Part shown: positions 39,894-50,060 of the stretch, piece by piece
Position numbering within the stretch: the first letter of the stretch is position 1
Layout of the letters: the number at the start of each line of letters is the position of its first letter
Source of the DNA: Nitrosopumilus sp.
GTDB taxonomy: Archaea; Thermoproteota; Nitrososphaeria; Nitrososphaerales; Nitrosopumilaceae
Reading direction: 5' to 3'
DNA: 64,000 nt
NCBI GenBank assembly: GCA_965219345.1
Contig: OZ244732.1
Coordinates: forward strand, 608,001 to 672,000
Position numbers and translations under genes: made by a program
Notes under the pieces: model-generated
Database searches by the model: none
What the model was told of the DNA's origin: nothing
Seen by the model: only the letters and a program-made list of their open reading frames with translations

Positions 39894-39988
39894 GGTTCCT
39901 GCGCGTGCGCCTGATCCATCGCAATTCCGGACGCGGCCAACAGAAGGAGGCCGAGCGCGACGTGTTGGTATTGCATGCCGTTAATCAT
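39890..39988 (-). pseudogene. Signal-peptide stub of a truncated secreted protein
   Basis: MINGMQYQHVALGLLLLAASGIAMDQAHA|QEP, ending where GC drops. Confidence 0.6.
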
Positions 39989-41304
39989 GTTTTTCACCGC
40001 TCCTCACTTTGGCCGATTCTGGTATGTCTATTCTCTCAAGCCAGTCCTCGTCCAATTTCGAGATCTGGCCGATCCAGGCTATCTCGCCTGCAGTTGCCTC
40101 TATTGCGATCACCTGGGCCATTGAGCCACCATGGCCACCCCTCTCAACAAACGGAGGGTATTGGCAATATCCCACGAGCACAGTATAGAAAGGCACTCCG
40201 GCACGCATACCACGTCCAGCCAGTTCACCTTCATCAGCAGGTTCGAATGTGCACTTTTCTTCATCGTACAAATCCACATGCCTCATGGCAAAGTCAAAGG
40301 CAAGTTTTTCTATCTGGCTTGCTGGCAACAGGGTGCCTTCCTCATAATCATCAACCTGCAAGCCGCGAAATTCCAGTAGCAAGTACGGCTTGATGAAATC
40401 GTAATCGACGAAGCTCCAGACGCTCATGTTAAGCCAGCTTCCATACACAATTGTACCTGTACGTCCGCTGTTTAGTCCGAAGATTGGAAACCCTGCATTC
40501 TCCATGAGGGATCTGAGTAATTCGTCGCGCTCTCCGTATGGGATATTCTCGTATATCCTGTACTCTATCCTCGTTATGACATCCGGGTATTCCGAGTTTG
40601 ACCACGTACGGAACTTGTTGCCCATTTCGGTTACATATGTGACATGGCCGTATTCCGACCTGCTAACTGCCGGGAGGATCAGCTTGTCCCCGATTCCGCT
40701 TGCAAGGCGGGGCATGACGGTATTTACTGCCTCTTCCGTCAGGACCGGTAACCAGACTCCAGACGGGTTTGCCATTCTTTTTTCTACCCCGGACAGGGTT
40801 ATCTTGTTGTCTGCCACGTAGTAGAGCGGCTCGTACACGGATGTCAGGCTTTCATTTGCGGGGGGTGCATGGCCTGACACGGGCAGACTCGGGGACGTTT
40901 CAGATGCATCCGCGGGGGCACTTGGTTGTGCCGAGTCCGGGGTGCTGCCTGACTCTGGAGTGCCCGTTTTTTGTTCTGGTTGTGGCAACGCCTCCCATCC
41001 GCGCAGGACCAGTCTTTCTGCCGTGTCTGGATAGACGCATGCGATCGTGCCGCTGGGAGATCTTAGGAGGATCTTTTCATCATTGCACCGGACGTCGGCA
41101 ACTGCCACGCCCTGTTGCAGCTGCTTTAGGGGCGACGGCGCGTAAAGATGCGTCGGTGCCGCGTGTGCTGCCAGAGACCAGCAACACTGCCATCACGATG
41201 CAGAAAAGCGCGATAGTTGGGATGCCCAAGGCCGCGTTTTGGGAAACGCGCGAAAAGTGATCACCATGATGACAAGTTGTGGAATGCATGGGAACCATTA
41301 CCAT
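39981..41304 (-). pseudogene. GC-rich secreted protein with the thaumarchaeal SPLKQ...C...ACV...L..RGW domain; frameshift in signal peptide near 41175
   Basis: Frame A ...CIVMAVLLVS joins frame B LAAHAAPTHLYAPSPLKQLQQGVAVADVRC...IACVYPDTAERLVLRGW. Confidence 0.75.
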
Positions 41305-41406
41305 AATCCAAATTCAAAGTTAATAAGGAATTCTTCAATCGGTTCTGTAACATCTTCGGATGTTAGACATAAAATCAGATCTTATTCGTGTTAACTGCCG
41401 TCGCTT

Positions 41407-41547
41407 TTACAGAAAAAAGAATAGTGTTACCTTCAACCATCCGATTGCCCTCTCAAGAACATTGACATCCTCGTTGAATTTACCAATGCTAGAATTACAG
41501 CTTCCACATATCCGGCCCCTTATTTTCCTGTCTTGTGATTATGATAA
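41407..41547 (-). pseudogene. Endonuclease VII-family (His-Me) C-terminal remnant
   Basis: YHNHKTGK/(I)RGRICGSCNSSIGKFNEDVNVLERAIGWLK with a 1-nt frameshift. Confidence 0.7.
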
Positions 41548-42483
41548 GCCCTGTCATTTTGTGTGCATGGTTTTCATCATGTTTTCTTGTAGCTAATGTA
41601 AAGGAATATGCCCTAAAACTATGAGATGTAATTTTGTAAAATCCGTTTGATGAGTATTTTTCATTATATCCTAATCTTTCCAAGACACTTGCCATTGTCA
41701 TTCGTTCTGCTCTTCCCCTAGTTTTGAAATCTCCTGTACTATTTGTAAAAACATAATCATCATCATTTAATTTGTGAAAATAAGTCATAATTTTCTCTCC
41801 ATATTCTTTTGAAACAAATGTTGTTCTACCAGCTTTGGTTTTTGTATATTCAGCATCAATCCTAATTGTTATTCTATCCAATGACAAATCCAAATCTTTT
41901 TTCTTAATGTGCAGTGCCTCCCCTGATCTCATTCCAGAACTACTGCAAGCCAAATACAATGCCTGTCTCTTTAGATTACGTGCTTGAGCTATACCAAATC
42001 TCTTAGTTCTTGTTTCTTTAGTGGATATTTTTCTTCAACAATCTTTCTTGGAAATCTTAGTATCTGTTTGATGTCTTGAGGATTTGTTTTTACTCCTAGA
42101 GAATAAAGAAATGTTCTGAGTATACTAAATCTAGTTCTGATTGTATAAGCTCCTGCTTTCTTTGAAATATTCCAGTCTATCCATTCTTGAAGGAAACTAT
42201 ACAGTGCATCTTCATATTCTTCGTCTCCTTGTTGCTTTTTTATTATAATTAACTCCCCGCAGATTTGATCAGGTGTACTTTGATGCTTTTCTAGAACAAA
42301 TTTCTTAAAATTATTAATCGCAGCTTGAATATTTTCTCGTGAGTTTGTAGGTAACGAGACATGTATCACCGAGTTCTGTGCCTATTTTGATTTGGCTTGA
42401 ATATTTTCTCGTGAGTTTGTAGGTAACGAGGCTAATTTTTCTTCATAATCCCTTGTTGTTTTCTTTTTGGTAAGAATACTCAT
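41548..42483 (-). pseudogene. Tyrosine recombinase/integrase, disrupted by a 72-bp insertion, a frameshift near 41990 and C-terminal truncation
   Basis: SSGMRSGE (R), TKTK (K), HSFRAY (HxxR), ends at KMTG before the second His and catalytic Tyr. Confidence 0.9.
42323..42430. repeat. 36-bp perfect direct repeat flanking a 36-bp unique insert
   Basis: GCTTGAATATTTTCTCGTGAGTTTGTAGGTAACGAG at 42323-42358 and 42395-42430. Confidence 0.95.
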
Positions 42484-42609
42484 CTTTTCTCACCTCTATT
42501 GATTAGTTTTGATAAAATAGCTATTTGCGAATTTACGGGTTTTCTGGGAACTAATTTGCATAGGCCGTCTAGGTTTAACTTAATATAAGGAAATTCGAGA
42601 CCGAACACA

Positions 42610-43356
42610 TTGACTTTCGATAAAGGCTCATTAATTCTAGTAGACTATACTGCAAAGGTAAAAGATAGTGACGAGGTCTTTGATACCACCATTGAAGAGG
42701 ATGCAAAAAAACATTCTATTCATGAACAAAATGCCAAATATCAACCAAAACTAGTTTCAATTGGTGAAGTATCTTATCCTGTACTCAAAGGATTAGATGA
42801 AGCACTTGCAAAAACATCTGTTGGAGATAAACTTACAGTTGAAGTTACGCCTGACAAAGGTTTTGGTGAAAGAGATTCTAAAAAAGTTAGAATGATTCCT
42901 GTTAGAAAATTAGGTGACGATGCAGAGAAAGTTTCAGTAGGTGATACAATTGAAGTTGATAATAAAAGAGGAATTATACGTTTTATTGGATCTGGTAGAG
43001 TCCAAATGGATTACAACCATAGATATGCAGGAAAAACAATTCTATTTGATGTAAATGTAATCAAATCACTTGATTCTCCAAATGACAAGGTAGATGGAAT
43101 TCTTAAAAACAGACTACCTGTTGAGGACACAAAAATTACCTTTGACTTGAAGGATAAAGAAGTAAGCATTACAATTCCTGAGGAAATTCTACGTGCTGAT
43201 GGTTTACAAATAATGAAACACTTTATTCAATTAGATATTTTCAAGTTTGTTACAACCTTGGGAAAAGTGAGTTTTGTCGAAACACACGCCAACAAACAAA
43301 CTCAAGAAAAGAAACCTGAAATAAAAGAAAAAGTACCTGAACAAAAGGCTGCTTAA
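42610..43356 (+). CDS. FKBP-type peptidyl-prolyl isomerase (long SlyD-like)
   Basis: VDYTAK..VFDTT, KGLDEAL, PDKGFGER, DYNHRYAGK. Confidence 0.93.
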   Translation: MTFDKGSLILVDYTAKVKDSDEVFDTTIEEDAKKHSIHEQNAKYQPKLVSIGEVSYPVLKGLDEALAKTSVGDKLTVEVTPDKGFGERDSKKVRMIPVRKLGDDAEKVSVGDTIEVDNKRGIIRFIGSGRVQMDYNHRYAGKTILFDVNVIKSLDSPNDKVDGILKNRLPVEDTKITFDLKDKEVSITIPEEILRADGLQIMKHFIQLDIFKFVTTLGKVSFVETHANKQTQEKKPEIKEKVPEQKAA

Positions 43357-43357
43357 A

Positions 43358-44422
43358 TCAAATTACTTTAGTACTCTTTGCAAGGCTTAGTGCTCTTTTT
43401 TCAGTCATTTTAATTTCTTTTAAAATTGTATATCTCTCTGGTCTTAATCCTTGTGCCATAGTTAGAGCTTTTATTATTACATCTGGTTTAAGACCAATTT
43501 GTTTTGCAGTCGTTGGGGCTTTAACATCTTTCAATGTCTTAACAATTTTTTTCCAATCCTGTTCATGTAATTTTGCCATCATTATGGAACCAATTCCACA
43601 TTTTTCTCCATGTAATCCAATACCGGGAGCAATTTTGTCAAGTGCATGTGAAAAAAGATGCTCTGCACCAGAACACGGTCTACTACTTCCTGCAATACAT
43701 GATGCTACTCCTGCGCTGATCAACCCTTCTACAATCACTCTTGCATCTAATCCATTCTTTGCAAACTTGGAAGAATTTTCCATAACTATCTTAGCGCTCA
43801 TCATTGCTAGATCTGCAGCATATCTTCCATAGTATTCCTTCTTCTTTTTGTGACCTAATTGCCAATCTTTCACCGCTATAATGTTTGCAATAAGATCTCC
43901 ACAACCACTAGCTAACAATCTGTCTGGAGCTTTTCTAATTACATCAATATCTACAAAAACACCCATTGGTGCAGATGCCACAATTGAGTGAGGCTTATCA
44001 CTTTTTACAGAAACAAATGGACTAGCCATTCCGTCATGAGAAGCTGCAGTTGGAAGGCTAACAAATGGCTTACCTAAATTATATGAAATTAATTTTGCTG
44101 TATCTACAGAACGACCTCCACCAATACCAACAATCAAATCAGAATTATCTTTTTTAACTGCTTCTTGAATTTGATTCAATGACTTTATTTGATTATCTTT
44201 TGACGTGTGCCAAATAAATTGGATTTTCTTTGATTTGAGTGATTTTTCAATTTTTTTCCTTAAAATCTTTTGAACATTTGTTCCAGCTATCAAAGAAACT
44301 TTTTTTGGTTTGTTTAATGAATTTAGAAATCTTCCAAAATCACAAATATTTTTCTCACCAATTTCAATGAGCCTAGGTAATTCCATCGTATGCGATTGCA
44401 TGCGATCTTGATTCTTTGTCAT
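43358..44422 (-). CDS. egsA: sn-glycerol-1-phosphate dehydrogenase
   Basis: GIGGGRSVDTAK, PTAASHDG, SRPCSGAEHLFSHALD, LHGEKCG. Confidence 0.96.
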   Translation of the reverse strand: MTKNQDRMQSHTMELPRLIEIGEKNICDFGRFLNSLNKPKKVSLIAGTNVQKILRKKIEKSLKSKKIQFIWHTSKDNQIKSLNQIQEAVKKDNSDLIVGIGGGRSVDTAKLISYNLGKPFVSLPTAASHDGMASPFVSVKSDKPHSIVASAPMGVFVDIDVIRKAPDRLLASGCGDLIANIIAVKDWQLGHKKKKEYYGRYAADLAMMSAKIVMENSSKFAKNGLDARVIVEGLISAGVASCIAGSSRPCSGAEHLFSHALDKIAPGIGLHGEKCGIGSIMMAKLHEQDWKKIVKTLKDVKAPTTAKQIGLKPDVIIKALTMAQGLRPERYTILKEIKMTEKRALSLAKSTKVI

Positions 44423-44499
44423 TATTTATGATTTCAGGGGATCAAAAAGTTATTTAAAAGGGTGACATGCCACTTACTTTATCTTAATAGGTGTATTTT

Positions 44500-45132
44500 T
44501 TGTCGAACAACGTTGAAGAAAAAATTCTGCACGGGACTACCACTGTAGGTATCAAGGCTAGAGACGGTGTCATATTATGTGCTGATATGAGAGCCAGTGC
44601 GGGTTATTTTATTGCAAACAATAACACAATGAAAATTCAAAAAATTGACTTGCACGCAGGATTAACCTTGGCTGGTGGTGTAGCAGACGCACAAAATATT
44701 GTTGATATTTTACGTTATCATTCTAATCTGCATAGAGTTGAAAAACATGGTTCAATCCCAATTAACTCACTTGCAAGACTTTGCTCATTGATATTTCATC
44801 AAAATAGAGGTTATCCATTCATGGCCGATATCTTGGTTGGTGGTTATGATGCAAACGGTCCTGCGTTGTTTAACATCGATATGTTTGGGTCAGTTGAAGA
44901 AAAATCATATGTTACAACTGGTAGCGGTTCACCAGTAGCTTATGGTTTACTTGAAGAGGAATATCATGAAGATCTTACAGTTGATGAAGCAAAAAAAATA
45001 GCTCTAAGAGCTGTTAAAGCCGCAATAGTCAGAAACATTGGTACTGGCGATGGAATTAACATCGCAATAATGGATAAAGATGGATTCCGTCTTTTGACCG
45101 ATGAACAAAAGAAAGCAGTCATCGAACTCTAG
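44500..45132 (+). CDS. psmB: Proteasome beta subunit
   Basis: HG|TTTVG, ADMRAS, TGSGS, TGDG. Confidence 0.97.
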   Translation: MSNNVEEKILHGTTTVGIKARDGVILCADMRASAGYFIANNNTMKIQKIDLHAGLTLAGGVADAQNIVDILRYHSNLHRVEKHGSIPINSLARLCSLIFHQNRGYPFMADILVGGYDANGPALFNIDMFGSVEEKSYVTTGSGSPVAYGLLEEEYHEDLTVDEAKKIALRAVKAAIVRNIGTGDGINIAIMDKDGFRLLTDEQKKAVIEL

Positions 45133-45139
45133 TGATTTA

Positions 45140-47077
45140 ATGCAAAAAAAACAACAACAAAAAGAATTACCTTCTAGCCAAAATATAATGGCCACCATAC
45201 TGCAAAGTATTCCCAAAGAGGCAAATATTACAAAAATAGAATATGAAGGACCTCGAATTGCTCTTTACACAAAAACTCCTCGTTATCTAATGGAAAATAA
45301 TGAGACAATATCAAATCTTGTAAATGTAATCAAAAAAAGAATTGTTGTAAGGACTGATGAATCAATTAGAAAACCTGAAGATGAAGCCAGACGAATTCTT
45401 GCAGAATGTGTTCCAAAAGAAGCAAACCTACAAGGAACTCTCTTTGATACAGCTACTGGTGAAGTCTCAGTTGAAGCAAAAAGACCTTGGTTACTACAAA
45501 GAGACGCAAAGGAATTCAATCATGTTGAGGTTACTGAGAAAATAGGATGGAGATTACGTATTAGGAAATCTACAACTATACCTTCACGTACAGTCCAAAC
45601 AATCAATGCAACCCTAAAACAATCTACTTCTGAGCGAAGTAAACAACTCAAACAAATTGGTGATGAAATTTTTAGACCAAGACTATCTCAAAGGACTGAA
45701 GTTTCTCTTCATACCCTTGGCGGATTTGGTCAAGTAGGAAGATCTTCAATGTTATTATCTACACCTGAAAGTAAGATCCTCATTGATTGTGGAATTAATC
45801 CAGGTGCACGCTCTCCAATGGATGCATTTCCGAGATTAGATTCTCTAGATATTACATTAGATGATCTTGACGCAGTAGTTATTGGACATGCACATTTGGA
45901 TCACACAGGATTTTTACCAACATTGTGCAAATATGACTACAAAGGTCCAATTTATTGTACAGAACCAACTCTTCCCATGATGAATCTAATTCAATTAGAC
46001 GCAATCAAAGTAGCTACTGCACAAGGTAGAACTCCAATTTACTCAGAACGAGATGTTAAACAAATTATGAGACAGACAATTACTTTGCCATATGGAACTG
46101 TCACTGATATTTCTCCTGACATAAAATTAGTTCTTGCCAATGCAGGTCACATTCTAGGTTCTGCTTTATGTCATTTTCATATTGGAAATGGTAATCATAA
46201 CTTTGTTTATTCAGGTGATATAAAATTCGGGAAAAGTATTCTGTTTGAAGCTGCTAGTTGGAATTTTCCAAGAGTAGAAACATTGTTGATCGAAAGTACT
46301 TATGGTCTTAAAGAAGATATACAACCAACTAGACAAGAGGTAGAATCTTCTTTCATTAATGCAGTAAACAACACTTTGGCAGATGATGGTAAAGTTTTGA
46401 TACCTATTCCTGCGGTTGGTCGTGCACAAGAAATTATGATGGTAATTGATCATTATATGAAATCTGGAGAAATGGTTGAAGCACCAGTATTTACAGAAGG
46501 AATGATTTCTGAAGCATCAGCCATTCATGAATCCTATCCAGAATATCTGGCAAGAGAACTCAAACAAAAGATCTTAGAGACTGATGATAATCCATTTGAT
46601 TCTGAATATTTCACTAACATCGAACATGCGGATTCTCGAGAAGAACCAATGAGAGAGAACTCACCATGTATTATTTTAGCAACATCGGGAATGTTAGAAG
46701 GCGGTCCTGTTTTAGAATACTTCAAAAACATTGCACCTGACAAAAAGAACAAAGTACTGTTTGTCTCTTACCAAGTTAATGGAACTATGGGAAGAAGAGT
46801 TCTTGATAGTTCTAAACAAGTATCCATGTTAGGAAAAGAAGGTAAAGTTGAAGTTGTTACTATCAATTGTAGTGTTGAAAAACTGGATGGGTTCAGTGGT
46901 CACAGTGATTATAATCAATTAATGTCATTTGTACAAAGACTAAGACCAAAACTTCGAAGAGTACTAGTTAATCACGGAGAACGTAAAAAATCAGAAAATC
47001 TTGCTATGAACATTAGACGAATGTATAGGGTACCTGCACATTATCCTCAAATCCAAGAAGCAATAAAATTATTTTAG
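45140..47077 (+). CDS. fttA: aCPSF1/FttA beta-CASP ribonuclease (KH-MBL)
   Basis: KH domains, HAHLDH, AGHILGS, ESTYG, FSGHSD. Confidence 0.96.
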   Translation: MQKKQQQKELPSSQNIMATILQSIPKEANITKIEYEGPRIALYTKTPRYLMENNETISNLVNVIKKRIVVRTDESIRKPEDEARRILAECVPKEANLQGTLFDTATGEVSVEAKRPWLLQRDAKEFNHVEVTEKIGWRLRIRKSTTIPSRTVQTINATLKQSTSERSKQLKQIGDEIFRPRLSQRTEVSLHTLGGFGQVGRSSMLLSTPESKILIDCGINPGARSPMDAFPRLDSLDITLDDLDAVVIGHAHLDHTGFLPTLCKYDYKGPIYCTEPTLPMMNLIQLDAIKVATAQGRTPIYSERDVKQIMRQTITLPYGTVTDISPDIKLVLANAGHILGSALCHFHIGNGNHNFVYSGDIKFGKSILFEAASWNFPRVETLLIESTYGLKEDIQPTRQEVESSFINAVNNTLADDGKVLIPIPAVGRAQEIMMVIDHYMKSGEMVEAPVFTEGMISEASAIHESYPEYLARELKQKILETDDNPFDSEYFTNIEHADSREEPMRENSPCIILATSGMLEGGPVLEYFKNIAPDKKNKVLFVSYQVNGTMGRRVLDSSKQVSMLGKEGKVEVVTINCSVEKLDGFSGHSDYNQLMSFVQRLRPKLRRVLVNHGERKKSENLAMNIRRMYRVPAHYPQIQEAIKLF

Positions 47078-47347
47078 ATCGTATTCTGGTTTCCAGATCT
47101 TTATACTGGATGGGGCAACAATAATTCTTTCTTCTCCTAATCTTGCAATATCTGCACCAGCAGCTTTTGCAATTGAATACAACTCTTCAACTACTTTACG
47201 AAGTTGTTCCACGTCTTTTTGTGCCAATGGCGTAACTCTTAGAATCAAAATCATGTCTTTTTTGATATCTTCTTTGATAGAATGAACATCACTGATGTCT
47301 CTAATCGTAATAGCCTTTAGATATGTAGGAGTTTCTTGTTTTTGCAT
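47069..47347 (-). CDS. sepF: SepF-like (DUF552) protein
   Basis: ILILRVTPL...ADIARLGEERIIVAP. Confidence 0.8.
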   Translation of the reverse strand: MQKQETPTYLKAITIRDISDVHSIKEDIKKDMILILRVTPLAQKDVEQLRKVVEELYSIAKAAGADIARLGEERIIVAPSSIKIWKPEYDLK

Positions 47348-47420
47348 ACTAGCTGAAAATGCGATCTACTTCCACAAAAACTCTTCCTTAGTCATAACTA
47401 ATTTTTAAAAAATTTCACGC

Positions 47421-48431
47421 CTACATTCTAAATTTAATGTAAGCTTGTTCTTCTGCACTTTCAGTACTAACTTCTTCAGATGAATTCTTGTTTTTTACTG
47501 TAACAATCCCTTGTTGATCTTTTGGCGCATCTGAATATCTTAGCGTCACAGATGATGCAAATTTAACATGATCTTTTGCATTCTTGCCACGTAAAATTGA
47601 AACTGGTCCTACGTAGTCTCTAGCTTCAAGTAAAATGTCTCCTAGTAATGCTATTGCTTTGATCATTTCATTTTCATCTTTATTTCTTCCAACAACAAAT
47701 TTAGTTTCATCATCTAATCTAAAATGTCTTCCAATCTTTAATAAATCAACATCATTAATTGTTGGAGTCTCAATATGATCAAACAAATCTTTTGCTTTAA
47801 CTCCAAATTGTGGTTCTGTTAACAAACAACCGCCACCTGCATTTGGTGGATTTTCAATTCCATATTCTTTTGCCATTTGTAATTGAGTTCTTCTCGTTCT
47901 ACCTTTAATCATCCCAAGATTTTCTCTTTTGATCAATCCTTCTTTTTCAGGATCTGTTTCTGGTAGTAATGCAGCTGACAACGGTCTTACAATTTTTCCA
48001 ACTAGATCTGATTCTTTTTCAATAGTTCTTAATGCAGGTCCATGTTGACTCATTGGACGTTGGCCTAACACTTCACCTGAAATAATAAATTCTGCCCCAA
48101 TTTCTTCCATGTGTTTTTTTGCAGCATCAAACATCATTGCTCTACAATCAATACATGGATTAAAACCAGCACCAATTCCATGTTTTGGGTGCTTTAACAT
48201 CTCAATGTATTCATCACCAAGATAAACTGTCTTTAACTTAACATTAAGATCATCAGCTCTTTCTCTAATTTCAAATCCACATCCTCTTCCACAATCAAAA
48301 TCACAAAAAGGAGTTTTTATTGCAACAGCCGAAACTTCAAAACCTTGTTCTTGCATCATTCTAACTGCAAGTTGACTATCTAAACCTCCTGAGAGTAATG
48401 CAACTACTTTCTTCTTCTTTTCTTCTGCCAT
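47421..48431 (-). CDS. PP-loop tRNA thiolase-like protein (ThiI/MnmA-related)
   Basis: LLSGGLDS, NPCIDCR, GEVLGQRPMSQ, GGCLLTE, GRHFR. Confidence 0.85.
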   Translation of the reverse strand: MAEEKKKKVVALLSGGLDSQLAVRMMQEQGFEVSAVAIKTPFCDFDCGRGCGFEIRERADDLNVKLKTVYLGDEYIEMLKHPKHGIGAGFNPCIDCRAMMFDAAKKHMEEIGAEFIISGEVLGQRPMSQHGPALRTIEKESDLVGKIVRPLSAALLPETDPEKEGLIKRENLGMIKGRTRRTQLQMAKEYGIENPPNAGGGCLLTEPQFGVKAKDLFDHIETPTINDVDLLKIGRHFRLDDETKFVVGRNKDENEMIKAIALLGDILLEARDYVGPVSILRGKNAKDHVKFASSVTLRYSDAPKDQQGIVTVKNKNSSEEVSTESAEEQAYIKFRM

Positions 48432-48502
48432 AAAGATCCGATCTAAATTTCCATATACAAACTTTACATCATACATAAATTGAGAAACAGAGATTTTTTT
48501 GT

Positions 48503-49567
48503 GTGAAACAACGTAGAAAAAATCTTCGAAAATATGCTCAACAGATCGATTGTAATACACTAGTCACATTTGAGCCTGAGAATTTGTTTTACATGACTGG
48601 ATTTTGGGGTGAGGCAATAGGATTGCTTGAAAAAAATGGAAAAACAACCATTATCGCTCCAGAACTTGAAGTGGGAAGAGCAAGAGAAGAATCTGAAGAT
48701 TGTGATGTAATAACAGCGGAACGTGGAACCGGCCTGATCTCATCTCTAATAGGAAAAATTAAGAAAAATCGTGTTTGTACTGATTGTCAAAATTATTCTA
48801 TTATGATGTCTCTGAAGAAATCTATTCCAAAAATAAAATCATCTACAGAACCATTTTGCAATTCTCGTATAATTAAAGACGAAAAAGAACTCCAAATACT
48901 CAAAAAAGCTTCTAAAATCATCGATGAGATGTTTGATATTTGCTTAAAAAAGATGAAGGTAGGTCAAAAAGAATCAGAATTACAAACAATTTTGATGAAA
49001 TATGCAATAGAACAACAAATGTTTGATATCGGATACAAATCAACACTTAACCCTCTGATTATTGCAGGGGGACCAAATGGTGCTCTCCCCCATGCTCAAG
49101 TTAGTAAAAGAAAATTCAAGAATGGTGATCTTGTAGTTACTGATCTTACACTAAGATACAAGGGATATGTTTCTGACGCAACTAGAACATTTGCACTTGG
49201 GAAAATTTCAGCTAAAGCAAATGAAGCTTATGAAATTGTTAAGGAATCTCAAAAACTTGGTTTGAAAGCTGTTAAACCAAATGTATATTGTAAAGATGTA
49301 GATATTGCTTGTAGAAAATATATTGAAGAAAAAAACTACGGTCAATACTTTATCCATTCTACTGGTCATGGAATAGGATTAGAAGTACACGAACTTCCAA
49401 CCGTTTCTTCTAAAAGTGATACAAAATTAAAAGAAAATATGGCAATTACTGTAGAGCCGGGAATCTATATTGAAAACAAATTTGGAATTAGAATAGAAGA
49501 TTCACTAATTGTAAAATCTCGACCCATTATTATGCACAAATTTACTAAAGATTTAGTCACAATTTGA
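48503..49567 (+). CDS. Xaa-Pro aminopeptidase (M24)
   Basis: ALPH, SDATRT, HSTGHGIGLEVHE, TVEPGIY, GIRIED. Confidence 0.95.
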   Translation: MKQRRKNLRKYAQQIDCNTLVTFEPENLFYMTGFWGEAIGLLEKNGKTTIIAPELEVGRAREESEDCDVITAERGTGLISSLIGKIKKNRVCTDCQNYSIMMSLKKSIPKIKSSTEPFCNSRIIKDEKELQILKKASKIIDEMFDICLKKMKVGQKESELQTILMKYAIEQQMFDIGYKSTLNPLIIAGGPNGALPHAQVSKRKFKNGDLVVTDLTLRYKGYVSDATRTFALGKISAKANEAYEIVKESQKLGLKAVKPNVYCKDVDIACRKYIEEKNYGQYFIHSTGHGIGLEVHELPTVSSKSDTKLKENMAITVEPGIYIENKFGIRIEDSLIVKSRPIIMHKFTKDLVTI

Positions 49568-49569
49568 GC

Positions 49570-50043
49570 CTAATCATAAAAGTCTACTAAATCAATGATG
49601 TATTTTGATTCCTGATTATTTGATGTAATTTTTCCAGAATTCATATCTACATTCCAATTATAATTCATTTCTCCTTTGTGTGACTCAAAATTCAAAACAA
49701 CTTGATACTCTTCTGAATCTACACTTGATACAGTTAGTTCTACATTAGTTTTTTTGTTGTCATAAATTTTTTCATCTGGGTATTCTTCGCTAATTTTCAT
49801 TGAAATTGCATCCATTACAGTTAATCCAGATTCATTTGGTCCATTATACCCCATTAAGATGTCAACAACTTGTTGTTCTTCAGATGAAAGTTCTGGAAAA
49901 TTGCTTTCCAAGTCTCCTTTTGTTAAATCAGGAACTATGAAAATTATAAACAATCCAATCAAACCAAGATAAATCGGTGCTCTTTTTCTAAGAAATGCTT
50001 TAAAATCATTCTTTTTTGGTTTTTCTTCTTTGTCTTTACCCAT
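49570..50043 (-). CDS. Membrane-anchored hypothetical protein
   Basis: Single N-terminal TM helix. Confidence 0.75.
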   Translation of the reverse strand: MGKDKEEKPKKNDFKAFLRKRAPIYLGLIGLFIIFIVPDLTKGDLESNFPELSSEEQQVVDILMGYNGPNESGLTVMDAISMKISEEYPDEKIYDNKKTNVELTVSSVDSEEYQVVLNFESHKGEMNYNWNVDMNSGKITSNNQESKYIIDLVDFYD

Positions 50044-50060
50044 TTTTATCTCCTAAACCT

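Larger units (their letters stand above)
34584..42584. mobile_element. Decayed mosaic integrative island 2
   Basis: Integrase pseudogene at right end, many pseudogenes, GC-rich insert, TTAACTTAAT direct repeat at both edges. Confidence 0.75.

Noticed and set aside
39884-41260. Plus-strand ORFs 39884-40393, 40131-40379, 40426-40821, 40769-41260
   Set aside because: Antisense shadows caused by high GC; the minus strand carries the recognisable domain
42323-42430. Bona fide CRISPR array
   Set aside because: Only two repeats, the repeat is integrase coding sequence, and there is no leader or cas gene in the window; reported instead as a possible ectopic integration
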